NCBI GenBank assembly: GCA_937952305.1
Contig: CALFZO010000006.1
Span: 136,558 to 200,557 of the forward strand
DNA length: 64,000 bases
Direction of reading: 5' to 3'
Source of the DNA: an uncultured Anaerolineales bacterium
Lineage (GTDB): Bacteria; Chloroflexota; Anaerolineae; Anaerolineales; UBA6663
Shown: piece after piece, positions 36,290 through 46,120 of the stretch
How positions within the stretch are numbered: the first letter of the stretch is position 1
Layout of the letters: each line of letters starts with the position of its first letter
The notes under the pieces: generated by a model
Told to the model about the DNA's origin: nothing
Seen by the model: only the letters and a program-made list of their open reading frames with translations
Database searches by the model: none
Program-made: the position numbers and the translations under genes

Positions 36290-39200
36290 ATGCTCATGCG
36301 TACAGACTACCATCGGATTAGCCAAACGGTTCGGGCCGGCCTGCTGATCAGCGCGGTCTGCCTCTGGCTGGGCGTCCTGCCACAGCCAGCCGCGGCTCTC
36401 AGCGGCGTCCACCAGGTCCCGGCCAACCTGTTGACCAACGGCGGCTTCGAGGCCGGCTCCCTCACTGGCTGGGAGGTCACCGGCAGCCTGTCCGTCACCG
36501 CCGCCGCCGCCGCCACGGGCGCTTACGGCGCGTACATGCCCACCACCGGCCGCCTGGACCAGGTCTTCGCCACCACGCCCGGCCAGGTCTACACCGTCAC
36601 CGCCCGGCTGCGCATCGACCAGCAGATCGTCACGCCCACGTGGGGCGGTCTGCGCTTTCAGGTAGTCAACTCCAGTTGGTCGCAGCGCGCGGCCAGCCCC
36701 TACTACACCACGGCCAACTCGCCGGCCAGCGTGTGGACATTCGTCCAGTTCAGCTTCACGGCCAACACCGCCACCTCGCGCCTGGTCTATGAGAACTTCA
36801 GCGGCGGCGGCCAGTTCCGGGCCTCGGCCGACGACCTCCAGGTCAGCGCCGCGGCGTCCGCGGCGACGGCCACCGCCCTCCCGGCGACGGCCACGCCGTC
36901 CCACACACCCACCGCGCCGGCGCCAACGGCGGCCCCGTCTTCCACCTCCAGCGCGCCGACCGCGACGCCGGCCAGCCCGCTGCCCCCCACGGCCACGCCC
37001 AGCCCCGCCGGGGCGCCGGTCTTCCTGCCGATCGGCGTCGGCTACTCGGACGTGATCCCGCACCAGCTGGTGCGCGCCGGCGACGATCGCGTGTACGCCT
37101 TCGCGGCGCAGCCGTACACCTCGGCCCTGCGCGCTTACTGGACCGCGAATCCCGGTCTGCCGGCCGCCGGCGCCGTCTTCAACACGCTCCTGGTGAACGA
37201 CTCCAGCAACCTCTTGTCCGTCGACGCCGCCTATGACGGCGCCGCGTACATCCACGTGCTGGTCAACACCAACGCCGGCGTCCTCAAAGACTACGTCTTC
37301 GACCTCGCCACGCACACGTTCCGGACGCCGGTGACCCTGGCCAGCGGCAACCCCACCGTCGGCGGCGATTACATCGGCACCAGTGGTGTCTCGGGCCTGT
37401 TCGACCAGAAAGGCGAGCTGCACCTGGCGTACTGGTCCGCCAACCAGCACATCACCCACCAGGCCTTCACCTACGACGCGGCCGCCCATACGCTGACCGC
37501 GGTCGGCGCCGCGGTCCAGGTGGACGCGCTCGGCAGCGCCAATCATCCGGTCCTGGCGATCTCGCCGCTCGATCAATCAGTCACGGTGGCCTGGGTGTCC
37601 CAAGCCACGGCGCCGGCCCGCATCCTGGCCCGGTCCCGCACCGCCCTCGGCAGCTGGGGCGCCGTCGAGACCGTCAGCCTGGCGCCGGTCTGGACCAGCA
37701 CCAACGCGGGCATCAACATTGATCAGGGGCCGAGCTTGCTGATCGACACGGCCGGCACCCGGCACCTGCTTTACATCGAGGACTGGGACACTTCTGGCGA
37801 CTACGGCCGCGTGCATTACGCCGCCAGCACCGGCGGCGGCTGGGCCGACCAGGCTCTGCCGGCCTACTCGCACGACCCGGCCCTGGCCGTGGATGGCGCC
37901 AACCGTCTGTACCTGATAGGTCACGGCCACCCCAACAACGCCCAGCTACAGCCCGGCAACCCGGCCTGCCGCAGCATGGACGAGATGTGCCTGATGCCAC
38001 GCAACAGCGACGGCACCTGGGGGCCCACGCAGCTCTTCGCGCCGCGGCCCGGCCTCGAGTCGTTTGACGCCAGCCCGTCGGTCAAGTGGTCCGTCGTCGG
38101 CTTCAACCGCCCGGAGGCGCTGGAGTTCCTGTTCTTCTCGACACCCTACAACGCCCCGCTGCTCTACTACGGCCGTTTTGAAACCGCCTCGAGCGCGACG
38201 CCCACGCCGCTGCCGACGAACACCGCCACGGCGGCGCCTTCGCAGACGCCGTTACCGACGAACACGCCAACACCGCTACCCACGGCTGCGGCTTCAGCGA
38301 CGCCTTCGCAAACGCCGCCGCCGACAAACACGCCAACACCGCTGCCCACGAATACGGTGTCAGCGACGCCTTCGCAAACGCCGCTGCCGACGAACACGCC
38401 GCCGGCCACGGCTCTCCCAGACCTGATCTTCGCTGATGATTTCGAGGCCGGGTCGCTGCTGGCCTGGACCAGCGCCGTCACCGACAGCGGCGACCTGCGC
38501 GCGGCGTCGGCCGCCGCCCTGGTCGGAGCCAACGGCTTGCAGGCCGTCATCGACGACAACACCGCCGTCTACGTGACCGACGACAACCCTAACGCCGAGC
38601 GCCGTTACCGGGTCCGCTTCTACTTCGACCCCAACTCGGTCACCATGGCCAACAACGACCTGCACGTCCTCCTGTACGGGTACTCGGGCGCCTCCACGGC
38701 CGTCCTGCGGGTGGAGTTCCGGCGCTCGAGCAGCGCCTACCAGTTGCGCGCCGGCCTGCTCAACGACGGCACGAGCTGGACCTCCACCAGCTACGTCACC
38801 GTCAGCGACGCCCCGCACGTCGTCGAGCTCGACTGGCGCGCCTCGGCCGCGGCCGGCGCCAACTCCGGCGGCCTGACCTTCTGGATCGACGGCACCCAGC
38901 GCGCCAACCTGACCGGCACCGACAACGACACCCGCCGCCTGGACCGCGTCCGCCTCGGCGCCGTGACCGGGATCGACGCCGGCACGCGCGGCACCGTCTT
39001 CTTCGACGCCTTCGAGGCGCGCCGCGAGAGCTACATCGGTCCGGCCGCCGGCCCCACGCCCACCGCGACACCCACCACCGTTCCACCGACCGCGACGAGC
39101 CCGGCGCCGACGCTCACGCCCACCGCCAGCGGCGTTCCGCCCACGGCCACTCCGCCCGCGCCCACACCGACCGCCCCGCCGGCCGCCGCCAATCTGCTGA

Positions 39201-39619
39201 ACAACGGCAGCTTTGAGACCGGCTCGCTCGCCGGCTGGGAGGACTACGGCGGCATGTCGGTGCCGGTTTCGGCCGCCTACACCGGCGCCTTTGGCGCCTA
39301 CATGCCCAGCGACGGCCGCATCGACCAGGTCTTCGCCACCACCCCCGGCCAGGTCTACACCGTCACCGCCCGCCTGCGCATCGACCAACAGACCGTCGCG
39401 CCCACCTGGGGCGGCCTGCGCGTCCGCGTGGTCAATGCCACTTGGATGCAGCTCGCCACCAGCCCGCACTTCACACTCGCCAACTCGCCGGCCGGCACGT
39501 GGACGCTCGTCCAGTTCACGTTCACGGCCAACACCGCCACCACCCGCCTCAATTACGAAAACTTCAGCAACGGCGAATATCAGGCCTCGGCCGACGCGTT
39601 CAGCGTGACGGGGCCGTGA
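36290..39619 (+). CDS. Large secreted protein: CBM_4_9-like domain, beta-propeller-like core, P/T repeat linker, LamG/concanavalin-like domain, second CBM_4_9-like domain
   Basis: 1109 aa with a signal peptide. [20 protein letters not shown] and [20 protein letters not shown] open the two CBM-like domains. The centre is rich in WxxxxxV/Y propeller-like repeats. Confidence 0.75.
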   Translation: MLMRTDYHRISQTVRAGLLISAVCLWLGVLPQPAAALSGVHQVPANLLTNGGFEAGSLTGWEVTGSLSVTAAAAATGAYGAYMPTTGRLDQVFATTPGQVYTVTARLRIDQQIVTPTWGGLRFQVVNSSWSQRAASPYYTTANSPASVWTFVQFSFTANTATSRLVYENFSGGGQFRASADDLQVSAAASAATATALPATATPSHTPTAPAPTAAPSSTSSAPTATPASPLPPTATPSPAGAPVFLPIGVGYSDVIPHQLVRAGDDRVYAFAAQPYTSALRAYWTANPGLPAAGAVFNTLLVNDSSNLLSVDAAYDGAAYIHVLVNTNAGVLKDYVFDLATHTFRTPVTLASGNPTVGGDYIGTSGVSGLFDQKGELHLAYWSANQHITHQAFTYDAAAHTLTAVGAAVQVDALGSANHPVLAISPLDQSVTVAWVSQATAPARILARSRTALGSWGAVETVSLAPVWTSTNAGINIDQGPSLLIDTAGTRHLLYIEDWDTSGDYGRVHYAASTGGGWADQALPAYSHDPALAVDGANRLYLIGHGHPNNAQLQPGNPACRSMDEMCLMPRNSDGTWGPTQLFAPRPGLESFDASPSVKWSVVGFNRPEALEFLFFSTPYNAPLLYYGRFETASSATPTPLPTNTATAAPSQTPLPTNTPTPLPTAAASATPSQTPPPTNTPTPLPTNTVSATPSQTPLPTNTPPATALPDLIFADDFEAGSLLAWTSAVTDSGDLRAASAAALVGANGLQAVIDDNTAVYVTDDNPNAERRYRVRFYFDPNSVTMANNDLHVLLYGYSGASTAVLRVEFRRSSSAYQLRAGLLNDGTSWTSTSYVTVSDAPHVVELDWRASAAAGANSGGLTFWIDGTQRANLTGTDNDTRRLDRVRLGAVTGIDAGTRGTVFFDAFEARRESYIGPAAGPTPTATPTTVPPTATSPAPTLTPTASGVPPTATPPAPTPTAPPAAANLLNNGSFETGSLAGWEDYGGMSVPVSAAYTGAFGAYMPSDGRIDQVFATTPGQVYTVTARLRIDQQTVAPTWGGLRVRVVNATWMQLATSPHFTLANSPAGTWTLVQFTFTANTATTRLNYENFSNGEYQASADAFSVTGP
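36557..36655 (+). repeat. Intragenic duplicated segment, copy 1 (N-terminal CBM-like domain)
   Basis: This 99-nt stretch differs from 39323-39421 at only 7 positions (aligned by eye). Confidence 0.8.
38198..38405 (+). repeat. About 3 copies of a 66-nt tandem repeat encoding a P/T-rich linker
   Basis: CCTTCGCA recurs at 38237, 38303 and 38369 (period 66). The protein repeat is PSQTP(L/P)[10 protein letters not shown]..(A/V)SAT. Confidence 0.8.
39323..39421 (+). repeat. Intragenic duplicated segment, copy 2 (C-terminal CBM-like domain)
   Basis: See copy 1. The protein reads [23 protein letters not shown] in both copies. Confidence 0.8.
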
Positions 39620-39627
39620 GGCCGCCG

Positions 39628-39668
39628 CCGACGGCCGAGGCGGTGTGCGCCCGCGCCTCGGCCGTCGG
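39628..39668 (+). terminator. Strong GC hairpin after the 36290-39619 gene (15-bp perfect stem, no U tract)
   Basis: CCGACGGCCGAGGCG (39628-39642) pairs with CGCCTCGGCCGTCGG (39654-39668). Confidence 0.5.
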
Positions 39669-39679
39669 CCGGACCCGGA

Positions 39680-39688
39680 TGCTATAAT
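39680..39688 (+). promoter_or_regulatory. Consensus extended -10 (TGCTATAAT) 6 nt upstream of the gatC ATG (leaderless-type arrangement)
   Basis: TGnTATAAT at 39680-39688 and ATG at 39695. No SD is present. Confidence 0.55.
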
Positions 39689-39694
39689 GGGCGC

Positions 39695-39982
39695 ATGACC
39701 CTGTCGCTGGCGGAAATCGAGCACATCGCGGCCCTGGCTCGTCTGCGTCTGACCGACGCCGAGAAGGCCCGTTACCGCGAGCAGCTTTCGGCCGTCCTGG
39801 ATTACATGGCGCGCCTGCGCCAGGTGGACACCACCCACATCGCGCCGACCGCGGCCATGCTGCCCCTGCAAACGGTGCTGCGCCGCGACGAGGTCCAGCC
39901 CTCCCTCTCCCCAGCCGAACTGCTGGCCAATGCGCCGGCCGCCGACGGCGACACCTTCCGCGTGCCGCCGGTGCTGGAGTAG
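39695..39982 (+). CDS. gatC: Asp-tRNA(Asn)/Glu-tRNA(Gln) amidotransferase subunit C
   Basis: 95 aa, reading IEHIAALARLRLTDAEKARYREQLSAVLDYMARLRQVDT. Confidence 0.9.
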   Translation: MTLSLAEIEHIAALARLRLTDAEKARYREQLSAVLDYMARLRQVDTTHIAPTAAMLPLQTVLRRDEVQPSLSPAELLANAPAADGDTFRVPPVLE

Positions 39983-40015
39983 CCCGCCGCCCGCGGGGGA
40001 TATCGGCCGGCCGCC

Positions 40016-41482
40016 ATGCTCACCACCCTGACCCTCAGCGAAGCTGCCGCGCGCTTGCGCGCCGGTGACCTCTCCAGCCAGGAGCTCACCGACGCCTGTC
40101 TGACGCGGCTGGCGGCTCTGGAACCCACGCTGCACGCCTTCATTACGCCGACCCCGGAGCTGGCCCGCGCGGCCGCCCGGGCCGCCGATGCCCGGCTGAC
40201 GGCCTGGCGGCGTGATCCGGCCCAGCCGTTGCCGCCGCTGACCGGGCTGCCGCTGGCCATCAAAGACGTGCTCTGCCTGGCCGGCACGCGCACCACGGCC
40301 GGCTCGCGCATCCTCGAGAACTTCATCGCCCCGTACACGGCCACGGCCGTTCAGCGCGTGCTGGACGCCGGCGGCGTGATCGTGGGCAAGACCAACTGCG
40401 ACGAATTCGCCATGGGGTCGTCCACCGAGAACTCGGCCTATGGCGTCACGCGCAACCCCTGGAATCCGGCCCGCGTGCCGGGCGGCTCGTCGGGAGGCAG
40501 CGCGGCCGCCGTGGCCGCCGGCCTGTGCCTGGGCGCCTTGGGCACAGATACGGGCGGCAGCGTCCGCCAGCCGGCCGCCCTGTGCGGCGTGGCCGGCCTG
40601 AAGACCAGCTACGGCCGCGTCAGCCGCTACGGCCTGATCGCCTACGGCTCATCGCTGGACTCGATCGGACCGCTGGCGCGCAGCGTGGCCGATGTGGCGC
40701 TGCTCTTCGCTGTGATCGCCGGCCACGACCCGCGTGACGCGACCACCTGGCCGGACCCGGTGCCCGCCCTCGCCCCCTGGCCCGCGGACCTGGCCGGCGT
40801 GCGCGTCGGCGTCCCGCGCGAGTACTTCCTGCCCGGCATGCAGCCGGAGGTGGAGCAGGCCGTGCGCGCCGCCATCGCGACGCTGGCCGACCTGGGCGCG
40901 CAGGTAGTGCCGATCACGCTGCCCCACACTGAGTATGCGCTGCCCGTGTATTACCTGATCGCGCCGGCCGAGGCCTCAGCCAACCTGGCCCGCTTCGACG
41001 GCGTGCGTTACGGTCCGCGCGCCGAGGCCGACGCGCTCTGGGACGTGTACGAGGCCACGCGCGGCGCGCGCTTCGGGGCCGAGGTCAAACGCCGCATCAT
41101 GCTCGGCACCTACGCCCTCTCGGCCGGCTATCACGACGCCTATTACGGGCAGGCGCAGAAGGTGCGCACCCTGATCAAGGCCGACTTCGACAACGCCTTC
41201 CAGCAGGTGGACCTGATCGCCTGCCCGGTGGCGCCGACGACGGCCTTCCCGATCGGCGCGAAAACCGACGACCCGCTGGCCATGTATCTGGAAGACGTCT
41301 TCACGCTGCCGCCCAGCCTGGCCGGGATCTGCGGCCTGGCGGTGCCCTGCGGCTTCGACGCCGCCGGCCTGCCGATCGGCCTGCAGTTGCTCGGGCCGGC
41401 GCTGGGCGAGGCCCAGATCTTGCGCGCCGGCCAGGCCTACGAGCAGGCCACCGCTTGGCATCGACAACGACCCCATCTCTAG
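40016..41482 (+). CDS. gatA: Asp-tRNA(Asn)/Glu-tRNA(Gln) amidotransferase subunit A
   Basis: 488 aa with the amidase signature GGSSGGSAAAVAAG and LAIKDVLCLAGTRTTAGSRIL. Confidence 0.95.
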   Translation: MLTTLTLSEAAARLRAGDLSSQELTDACLTRLAALEPTLHAFITPTPELARAAARAADARLTAWRRDPAQPLPPLTGLPLAIKDVLCLAGTRTTAGSRILENFIAPYTATAVQRVLDAGGVIVGKTNCDEFAMGSSTENSAYGVTRNPWNPARVPGGSSGGSAAAVAAGLCLGALGTDTGGSVRQPAALCGVAGLKTSYGRVSRYGLIAYGSSLDSIGPLARSVADVALLFAVIAGHDPRDATTWPDPVPALAPWPADLAGVRVGVPREYFLPGMQPEVEQAVRAAIATLADLGAQVVPITLPHTEYALPVYYLIAPAEASANLARFDGVRYGPRAEADALWDVYEATRGARFGAEVKRRIMLGTYALSAGYHDAYYGQAQKVRTLIKADFDNAFQQVDLIACPVAPTTAFPIGAKTDDPLAMYLEDVFTLPPSLAGICGLAVPCGFDAAGLPIGLQLLGPALGEAQILRAGQAYEQATAWHRQRPHL

Positions 41483-41544
41483 TCTCGCCTCTTGCGGCCT
41501 AGAAATCAGAGACTGGAGACCAGAGTCTGACAAGGACGCCCTAC

Positions 41545-42540
41545 ATGAAAATCATCATCCCGCTCGCCGGCTACGGGAAACGTCTCCGCCCGCACACTTT
41601 CACCAAACCCAAACCGCTGGTCAACGTCGCCGGCAAGCCCGTCCTCGGGCACGTGCTGGATATGTTTCAGACGCTGGACAACGTCGAGGAGATCATCTTC
41701 ATCGTCGGCCACCTGGGCGAGCAGATCGAAGACTACGTCGCCGCCAATTACCCGCACATCCGCGCCAGCTACTACGAGCAGAAAGAGCTTAACGGCCAGT
41801 CCACGGCCATCTACCTGGCGCGCGAGCGGCTGACCGGCGGGCCGATGCTGATGGTCTTCGTCGACACCATCGTCGAGACCGACCTGGCCCGCCTGAAGCA
41901 CGAGACCGCCGACGCGATCGCCTGGGTGAAAGAGGTCGAGGACCCGCGCCGCTTCGGCGTGGCCGAGGTGGGCGCGGACGGCTGGGTGACGCGCCTGATC
42001 GAGAAACCCAAGGATCTGAGCAACAACCTGGTCGTCGTCGGGTTCTACTACTTCAAAGACAGCGCCCTGCTGATCGACTGCATCCGCGAGCAGATCGAGC
42101 AGGACGTGCGCACGCAGAACGAGTACTTCCTGGCGGACGCCGTCAACCTGATGCTCAAGCGCGGCGTGCAGATGCGCGTCCAGAAGGTGGACGTCTGGCA
42201 GGACTGCGGCAAGGTCGAGACGGTCTTGGAGACCAACCGCTACCTGCTCGCGCACGGGCACGACACCGCCGCCACGACCCAGCTGGACGGCTGCGTGATC
42301 GTGCCGCCGGTCAACATCCACCCGACCGCCAAGGTCAAGAACTCGGTCATCGGGCCGTTCGCCACCATCGCGGCCGGCTGCGTGGTGGAGGAAGCCCTGA
42401 TCCAGGACTCGATCCTGGACGAGGGCGCCACGGTGCGTTCGGCCCTGCTCAAGCAGTCGCTGATCGGCCGCGATGCGCGCCTGACCGGGCGCTTCCGCAC
42501 CTTCAACATCGGCGAGGCGTCCGAAGTGGGCTTCGAGTAG
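41545..42540 (+). CDS. Sugar-phosphate nucleotidyltransferase with C-terminal left-handed beta-helix region
   Basis: 331 aa. The N-terminus reads MKIIIPLAGYGKRLRPHTFTKPKPLVNVAGKPVLGHVL. The C-terminus is hexapeptide-repeat-like. Confidence 0.85.
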   Translation: MKIIIPLAGYGKRLRPHTFTKPKPLVNVAGKPVLGHVLDMFQTLDNVEEIIFIVGHLGEQIEDYVAANYPHIRASYYEQKELNGQSTAIYLARERLTGGPMLMVFVDTIVETDLARLKHETADAIAWVKEVEDPRRFGVAEVGADGWVTRLIEKPKDLSNNLVVVGFYYFKDSALLIDCIREQIEQDVRTQNEYFLADAVNLMLKRGVQMRVQKVDVWQDCGKVETVLETNRYLLAHGHDTAATTQLDGCVIVPPVNIHPTAKVKNSVIGPFATIAAGCVVEEALIQDSILDEGATVRSALLKQSLIGRDARLTGRFRTFNIGEASEVGFE

Positions 42541-42560
42541 AGGCCCAAGGCCCGCCGAGC

Positions 42561-42806
42561 ATGCCTCGCGCCGTCGAGTGCCGTTCGGAGTACACCTACG
42601 CCCAGCGGCCGAGCGCCCTCCTCTGGGCGGGCCGGCGCCGGGAGGTGGCGGCGGTGCTGGCCGAGTGGCGCGCGCCGGGCGGCAAGGGCTTCCGCGTGCG
42701 CGCCGTCGACGGCGCAGTTTTTGTGGTGACCTACGTCGAGCAGTTCGACGAGTGGCAGATCCAACTCATAGGAGACGCAAGCCAAACGACACAGGACGCA
42801 GGCTGA
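42561..42806 (+). CDS. Hypothetical small protein
   Basis: 81 aa with non-repetitive composition. It fits exactly between the neighbouring genes. No family recognised. Confidence 0.4.
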   Translation: MPRAVECRSEYTYAQRPSALLWAGRRREVAAVLAEWRAPGGKGFRVRAVDGAVFVVTYVEQFDEWQIQLIGDASQTTQDAG

Positions 42807-42850
42807 GCGCCGGCCGGCGTCCGCCGTCCACTGTCTTTCGTCAGGCCAAT

Positions 42851-44011
42851 ATGCGTAATCTCATCTCGCAACGCGTTCAGTCCGTGCCGCCCTCGGGGAT
42901 TCGCAAGTACTTCGATATCGCCGCCACGATGAAGGACGTCATCTCGCTCGGCATCGGCGAACCGGACTTCGTCACGCCGCCGCCGATCCTGCAGGCCGGC
43001 ATCGAGGCGCTGCAGCGCGGCGAGACCCACTACACCTCCAACTCCGGGATCGCCGAGCTGCGCCGGGCGGTGGCCGCCAACCTGGAGCGCCTGTACGGCG
43101 TGAGCTATGACCCGGAAGCCGAACTGCTGATGACGGTCGGCGTCTCCGAGGCGCTCTACCTGGCCCTGACCGCCCTGCTCGACCCTGGCGACGAGGTCAT
43201 CGTCCCGCAGCCGTGCTTCGTGGCCTACACCGCCGAGGTGGCCTTCGCCGGCGGCGTGCCGGTCACCATCCCGACGCACGTTGAAGACAACTTCCAGGTG
43301 ACGGCCGACGCCATCGCGCGCAAGCTCACACCGCGCACCAAGGCGCTGCTGATCGGCTACCCCAACAACCCCACCGGCGCGGTGATGAGCCGCGAGAACC
43401 TGAGCCAGATCGCGGCGCTGGCCGAGCAGCACGACCTGATCGTGATCTCGGACGAGATCTACGACCGGCTGGTGTACGGCGGAGAGCACGTCTGCTTCGC
43501 GGCGCTGCCGGGCATGCGGGCGCGCACCATCACGCTGGGCGGCTTCTCCAAGAGCCACGCCATGACCGGCTGGCGCCTGGGCTACGCCGCCGGCCCGGCC
43601 GAGATCCTGGGCGCCATGCGCAAGGTCCACCAGTACACGATCATGTCCGCGCCGACCTCGGCACAGTTCGCGGCGCTGGAGGCCTTCAGCAGCGGCGAGC
43701 CCTTCGTCCAGCAGATGGTGGCCGAGTACGACCGCCGCCGCCAACTGCTCGTGAAGGGCCTCAACGCGCTCGGCCTGGACTGTTTCGAGCCCAAGGGCGC
43801 GTTCTACGCGTTCCCGTCGGTGGCCAAGAGCGGCCTGGACGATACCGCTTTCGCCGACACGCTGTTGGACGAGGAGCACGTGGCCGTGGTGCCCGGCTCG
43901 GCCTTCGGCGAGGGCGGCGCCGGCTTCGTGCGGCTGTCTTACGCCACGGCCTACGAGAAGATCGAGGAGGCGCTCAATCGCTTCGAACGCTTCATGCGCC
44001 GGCATGGCTGA
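42851..44011 (+). CDS. Class I/II pyridoxal-phosphate-dependent aminotransferase (aspartate/aromatic type)
   Basis: ATG at 42851 gives MRNLISQRVQSVPPSGIRKYFD... PLP-Lys motif GGFSKSHAMTGWRLGY and NNPTG are present. The listed ORF 42578-44011 has a junk N-terminal extension. Confidence 0.9.
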   Translation: MRNLISQRVQSVPPSGIRKYFDIAATMKDVISLGIGEPDFVTPPPILQAGIEALQRGETHYTSNSGIAELRRAVAANLERLYGVSYDPEAELLMTVGVSEALYLALTALLDPGDEVIVPQPCFVAYTAEVAFAGGVPVTIPTHVEDNFQVTADAIARKLTPRTKALLIGYPNNPTGAVMSRENLSQIAALAEQHDLIVISDEIYDRLVYGGEHVCFAALPGMRARTITLGGFSKSHAMTGWRLGYAAGPAEILGAMRKVHQYTIMSAPTSAQFAALEAFSSGEPFVQQMVAEYDRRRQLLVKGLNALGLDCFEPKGAFYAFPSVAKSGLDDTAFADTLLDEEHVAVVPGSAFGEGGAGFVRLSYATAYEKIEEALNRFERFMRRHG

Positions 44012-44034
44012 GCGGCGCCGCGCCAGACTGGCCC

Positions 44035-44493
44035 ATGCCGGATCGGGATTACACGCACCGCGCCGTCGTCGATAAGCTCGGCCTCCAGCCGGGGATGGCC
44101 GTGCGCGTGGTCGGCGTCCGCGCCAGCACCGCCGGGGCGCGGGAACTGCTGGCGGACGTCGCGGCCCGCACTGGCCGGCGGCCGGTGACGGCGCGCACGC
44201 CCGCCGACGTGGTCCTGTACTGGCCCCGGACGGCGGCCGAGATCGGGCCGACGCTGGCGGCGCTGCGCGGCCAGATCCACCCGGCCGGCGGCATCTGGGT
44301 GATTACGGCCAAACGCGGCTGGGCCAGCGCCAGCGGCCTGGCGTATTTCAATCAGGATCAACTCATCCCGCTGGGCGCGGCCGCGCGCCTGGTGGACAAC
44401 AAGGTGTGCTCGCTCTCCGAGCGGGAGAGCGCCATGCGGTTTGTGATCCGGAGGGACGAACGACCCAAGACGAAGGCCGAAGGCCGGCCCTGA
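44035..44493 (+). CDS. DUF3052-like protein
   Basis: 152 aa with [18 protein letters not shown] at the N-terminus and [23 protein letters not shown] at the C-terminus, resembling DUF3052. Confidence 0.6.
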   Translation: MPDRDYTHRAVVDKLGLQPGMAVRVVGVRASTAGARELLADVAARTGRRPVTARTPADVVLYWPRTAAEIGPTLAALRGQIHPAGGIWVITAKRGWASASGLAYFNQDQLIPLGAAARLVDNKVCSLSERESAMRFVIRRDERPKTKAEGRP

Positions 44494-44537
44494 CAGGCCG
44501 CCCTTCGTCTTTCGTCCGCCGTCATCCGTCAGTCGCC

Positions 44538-46040
44538 ATGCCCTACGAACCCGTCATCGGCCTGGAAGTCCATGCCGAGCTGCTGACCCTGTCTAAGATG
44601 TTCTGCGGCTGCGCCGTGGTCACATCCACCGCAGCGCCGCCCAACTCCGTGGTCTGCCCGGTGTGCGCGGGCCTGCCCGGCACGCTGCCGGTGATCAACG
44701 CCCGCGCCGTGGAGTTCGCGCTGCGCGTGGCCGCCGCCTTGAACTGCCGGGTGCCGCCGCTCAACGTCTTCGCGCGCAAGAATTACTTCTACCCGGACCT
44801 GCCCAAGGGCTACCAGATCTCGCAGTACGAGCTGCCCCTGGCCGTGGACGGCTGGCTGGACATCGACACGGCCGCGGGGACCCAGCGGGTGCGCATCCGG
44901 CGCGTCCATCTGGAGGAGGACACCGGCAAGCTCTTCCACGTGGACGCGCGCGACCCGGCCGGCACGCCTGGCTCCCGGGACGGCGAGCACTCGCGCGTGG
45001 ACCTCAACCGGGCCGGCGTCCCGCTGCTCGAGATCGTGTCCGAGCCGGACCTGCACTCGGCCGAGGCCGTCAAAGCCTACTGCGTGGCGCTCCGCAACCT
45101 GCTGCGCTATCTGGACGTCAACTCCGGCGACATGGAGAAGGGCGTCATCCGCTTCGAGCCGAACATCTCCGTGCGCCTGGCCGGCAGCGCCGAGCTGCGC
45201 ACCCGCACCGAACTCAAGAACCTGAACTCGTTCCGCGCCATCGAGCGCGCCACGCTTTTCGAGATCGAGCGCCAGAGCCAGGTCTGGGACAGCGGCGGCC
45301 GCGTGCTCCAGGAGACGCGCGGCTGGGACGAGGCCGCCGGCGTCACCGTGGCCCAGCGCGGCAAGGAGCACGCCCACGACTACCGCTACTTCCCCGAGCC
45401 AGACCTGCCGCCGCTGGCGATCTCGCCGGCCTGGGTCGAGGCCGTCCGCGCCGGCCTGCCGGAACTGCCCGCCGCCAAGCGCGCCCGCTTCGAGAGCGCC
45501 TACGGCCTGAGCCGCTATGACGCCGAGCTGCTGAGCGAAGACCGCGCCGTGGCCGACTACTTCGAACAGGCCGTGGCCGCCCAGCCGCCCGAGCGCCGCC
45601 ATCCGAAAGCCATCGCCAACTGGCTGACGGGCGAGCTGTTCCGGCTGATGAACGCCTCCAGCCAGATGATCGCGCAGGTAAAGGTGACGCCGGCCGACCT
45701 GGCGGCGCTGGTCGAGCTGGTGACGGCCGGCACGCTCAACGTGAACACGGCTAAGACCGTGCTCGGCGCCATGTTCACCAGCGGGCGCGCCCCGGCCGAC
45801 CTGGTGGCCGAGCAGGGCCTGGCCCAGGTGAGCGACACCGCCGCGCTGGAGACGCTGGTGGACGGCGTGCTGGCCGGCCACCCCGAACAGGTGGCCACCT
45901 ATCTGGGCGGCAAGGCGACGGTGGCGCAGTGGTTTTTCGGCCAGGTGATGAAACAGTCGCAGGGGCGCGGCAACCCCCAGGTGATCCGGCGCCTGCTGGA
46001 AGATAAGCTTGAAGCTCTGAAACGTGCGCGCGCCGCCTGA
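44538..46040 (+). CDS. gatB: Asp-tRNA(Asn)/Glu-tRNA(Gln) amidotransferase subunit B
   Basis: ATG at 44538 gives [25 protein letters not shown]..., with a GatB/YqeY C-terminus. The listed ORF starts 44 codons too early. Confidence 0.95.
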   Translation: MPYEPVIGLEVHAELLTLSKMFCGCAVVTSTAAPPNSVVCPVCAGLPGTLPVINARAVEFALRVAAALNCRVPPLNVFARKNYFYPDLPKGYQISQYELPLAVDGWLDIDTAAGTQRVRIRRVHLEEDTGKLFHVDARDPAGTPGSRDGEHSRVDLNRAGVPLLEIVSEPDLHSAEAVKAYCVALRNLLRYLDVNSGDMEKGVIRFEPNISVRLAGSAELRTRTELKNLNSFRAIERATLFEIERQSQVWDSGGRVLQETRGWDEAAGVTVAQRGKEHAHDYRYFPEPDLPPLAISPAWVEAVRAGLPELPAAKRARFESAYGLSRYDAELLSEDRAVADYFEQAVAAQPPERRHPKAIANWLTGELFRLMNASSQMIAQVKVTPADLAALVELVTAGTLNVNTAKTVLGAMFTSGRAPADLVAEQGLAQVSDTAALETLVDGVLAGHPEQVATYLGGKATVAQWFFGQVMKQSQGRGNPQVIRRLLEDKLEALKRARAA

Positions 46041-46120
46041 GGCGCGCTCTTGTTCCGCCGACGCCCGGCCCGGCGCCGCCCACAGCGCCCGGCCGGGATT
46101 GACCATCCCAAGGAGTCTGT

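Noticed and set aside
38198-38405. CRISPR-like regular repeats
   Set aside because: The repeats are contiguous 66-nt in-frame units inside a coding region that encode a Pro/Thr linker. There are no unique spacers and no cas genes.
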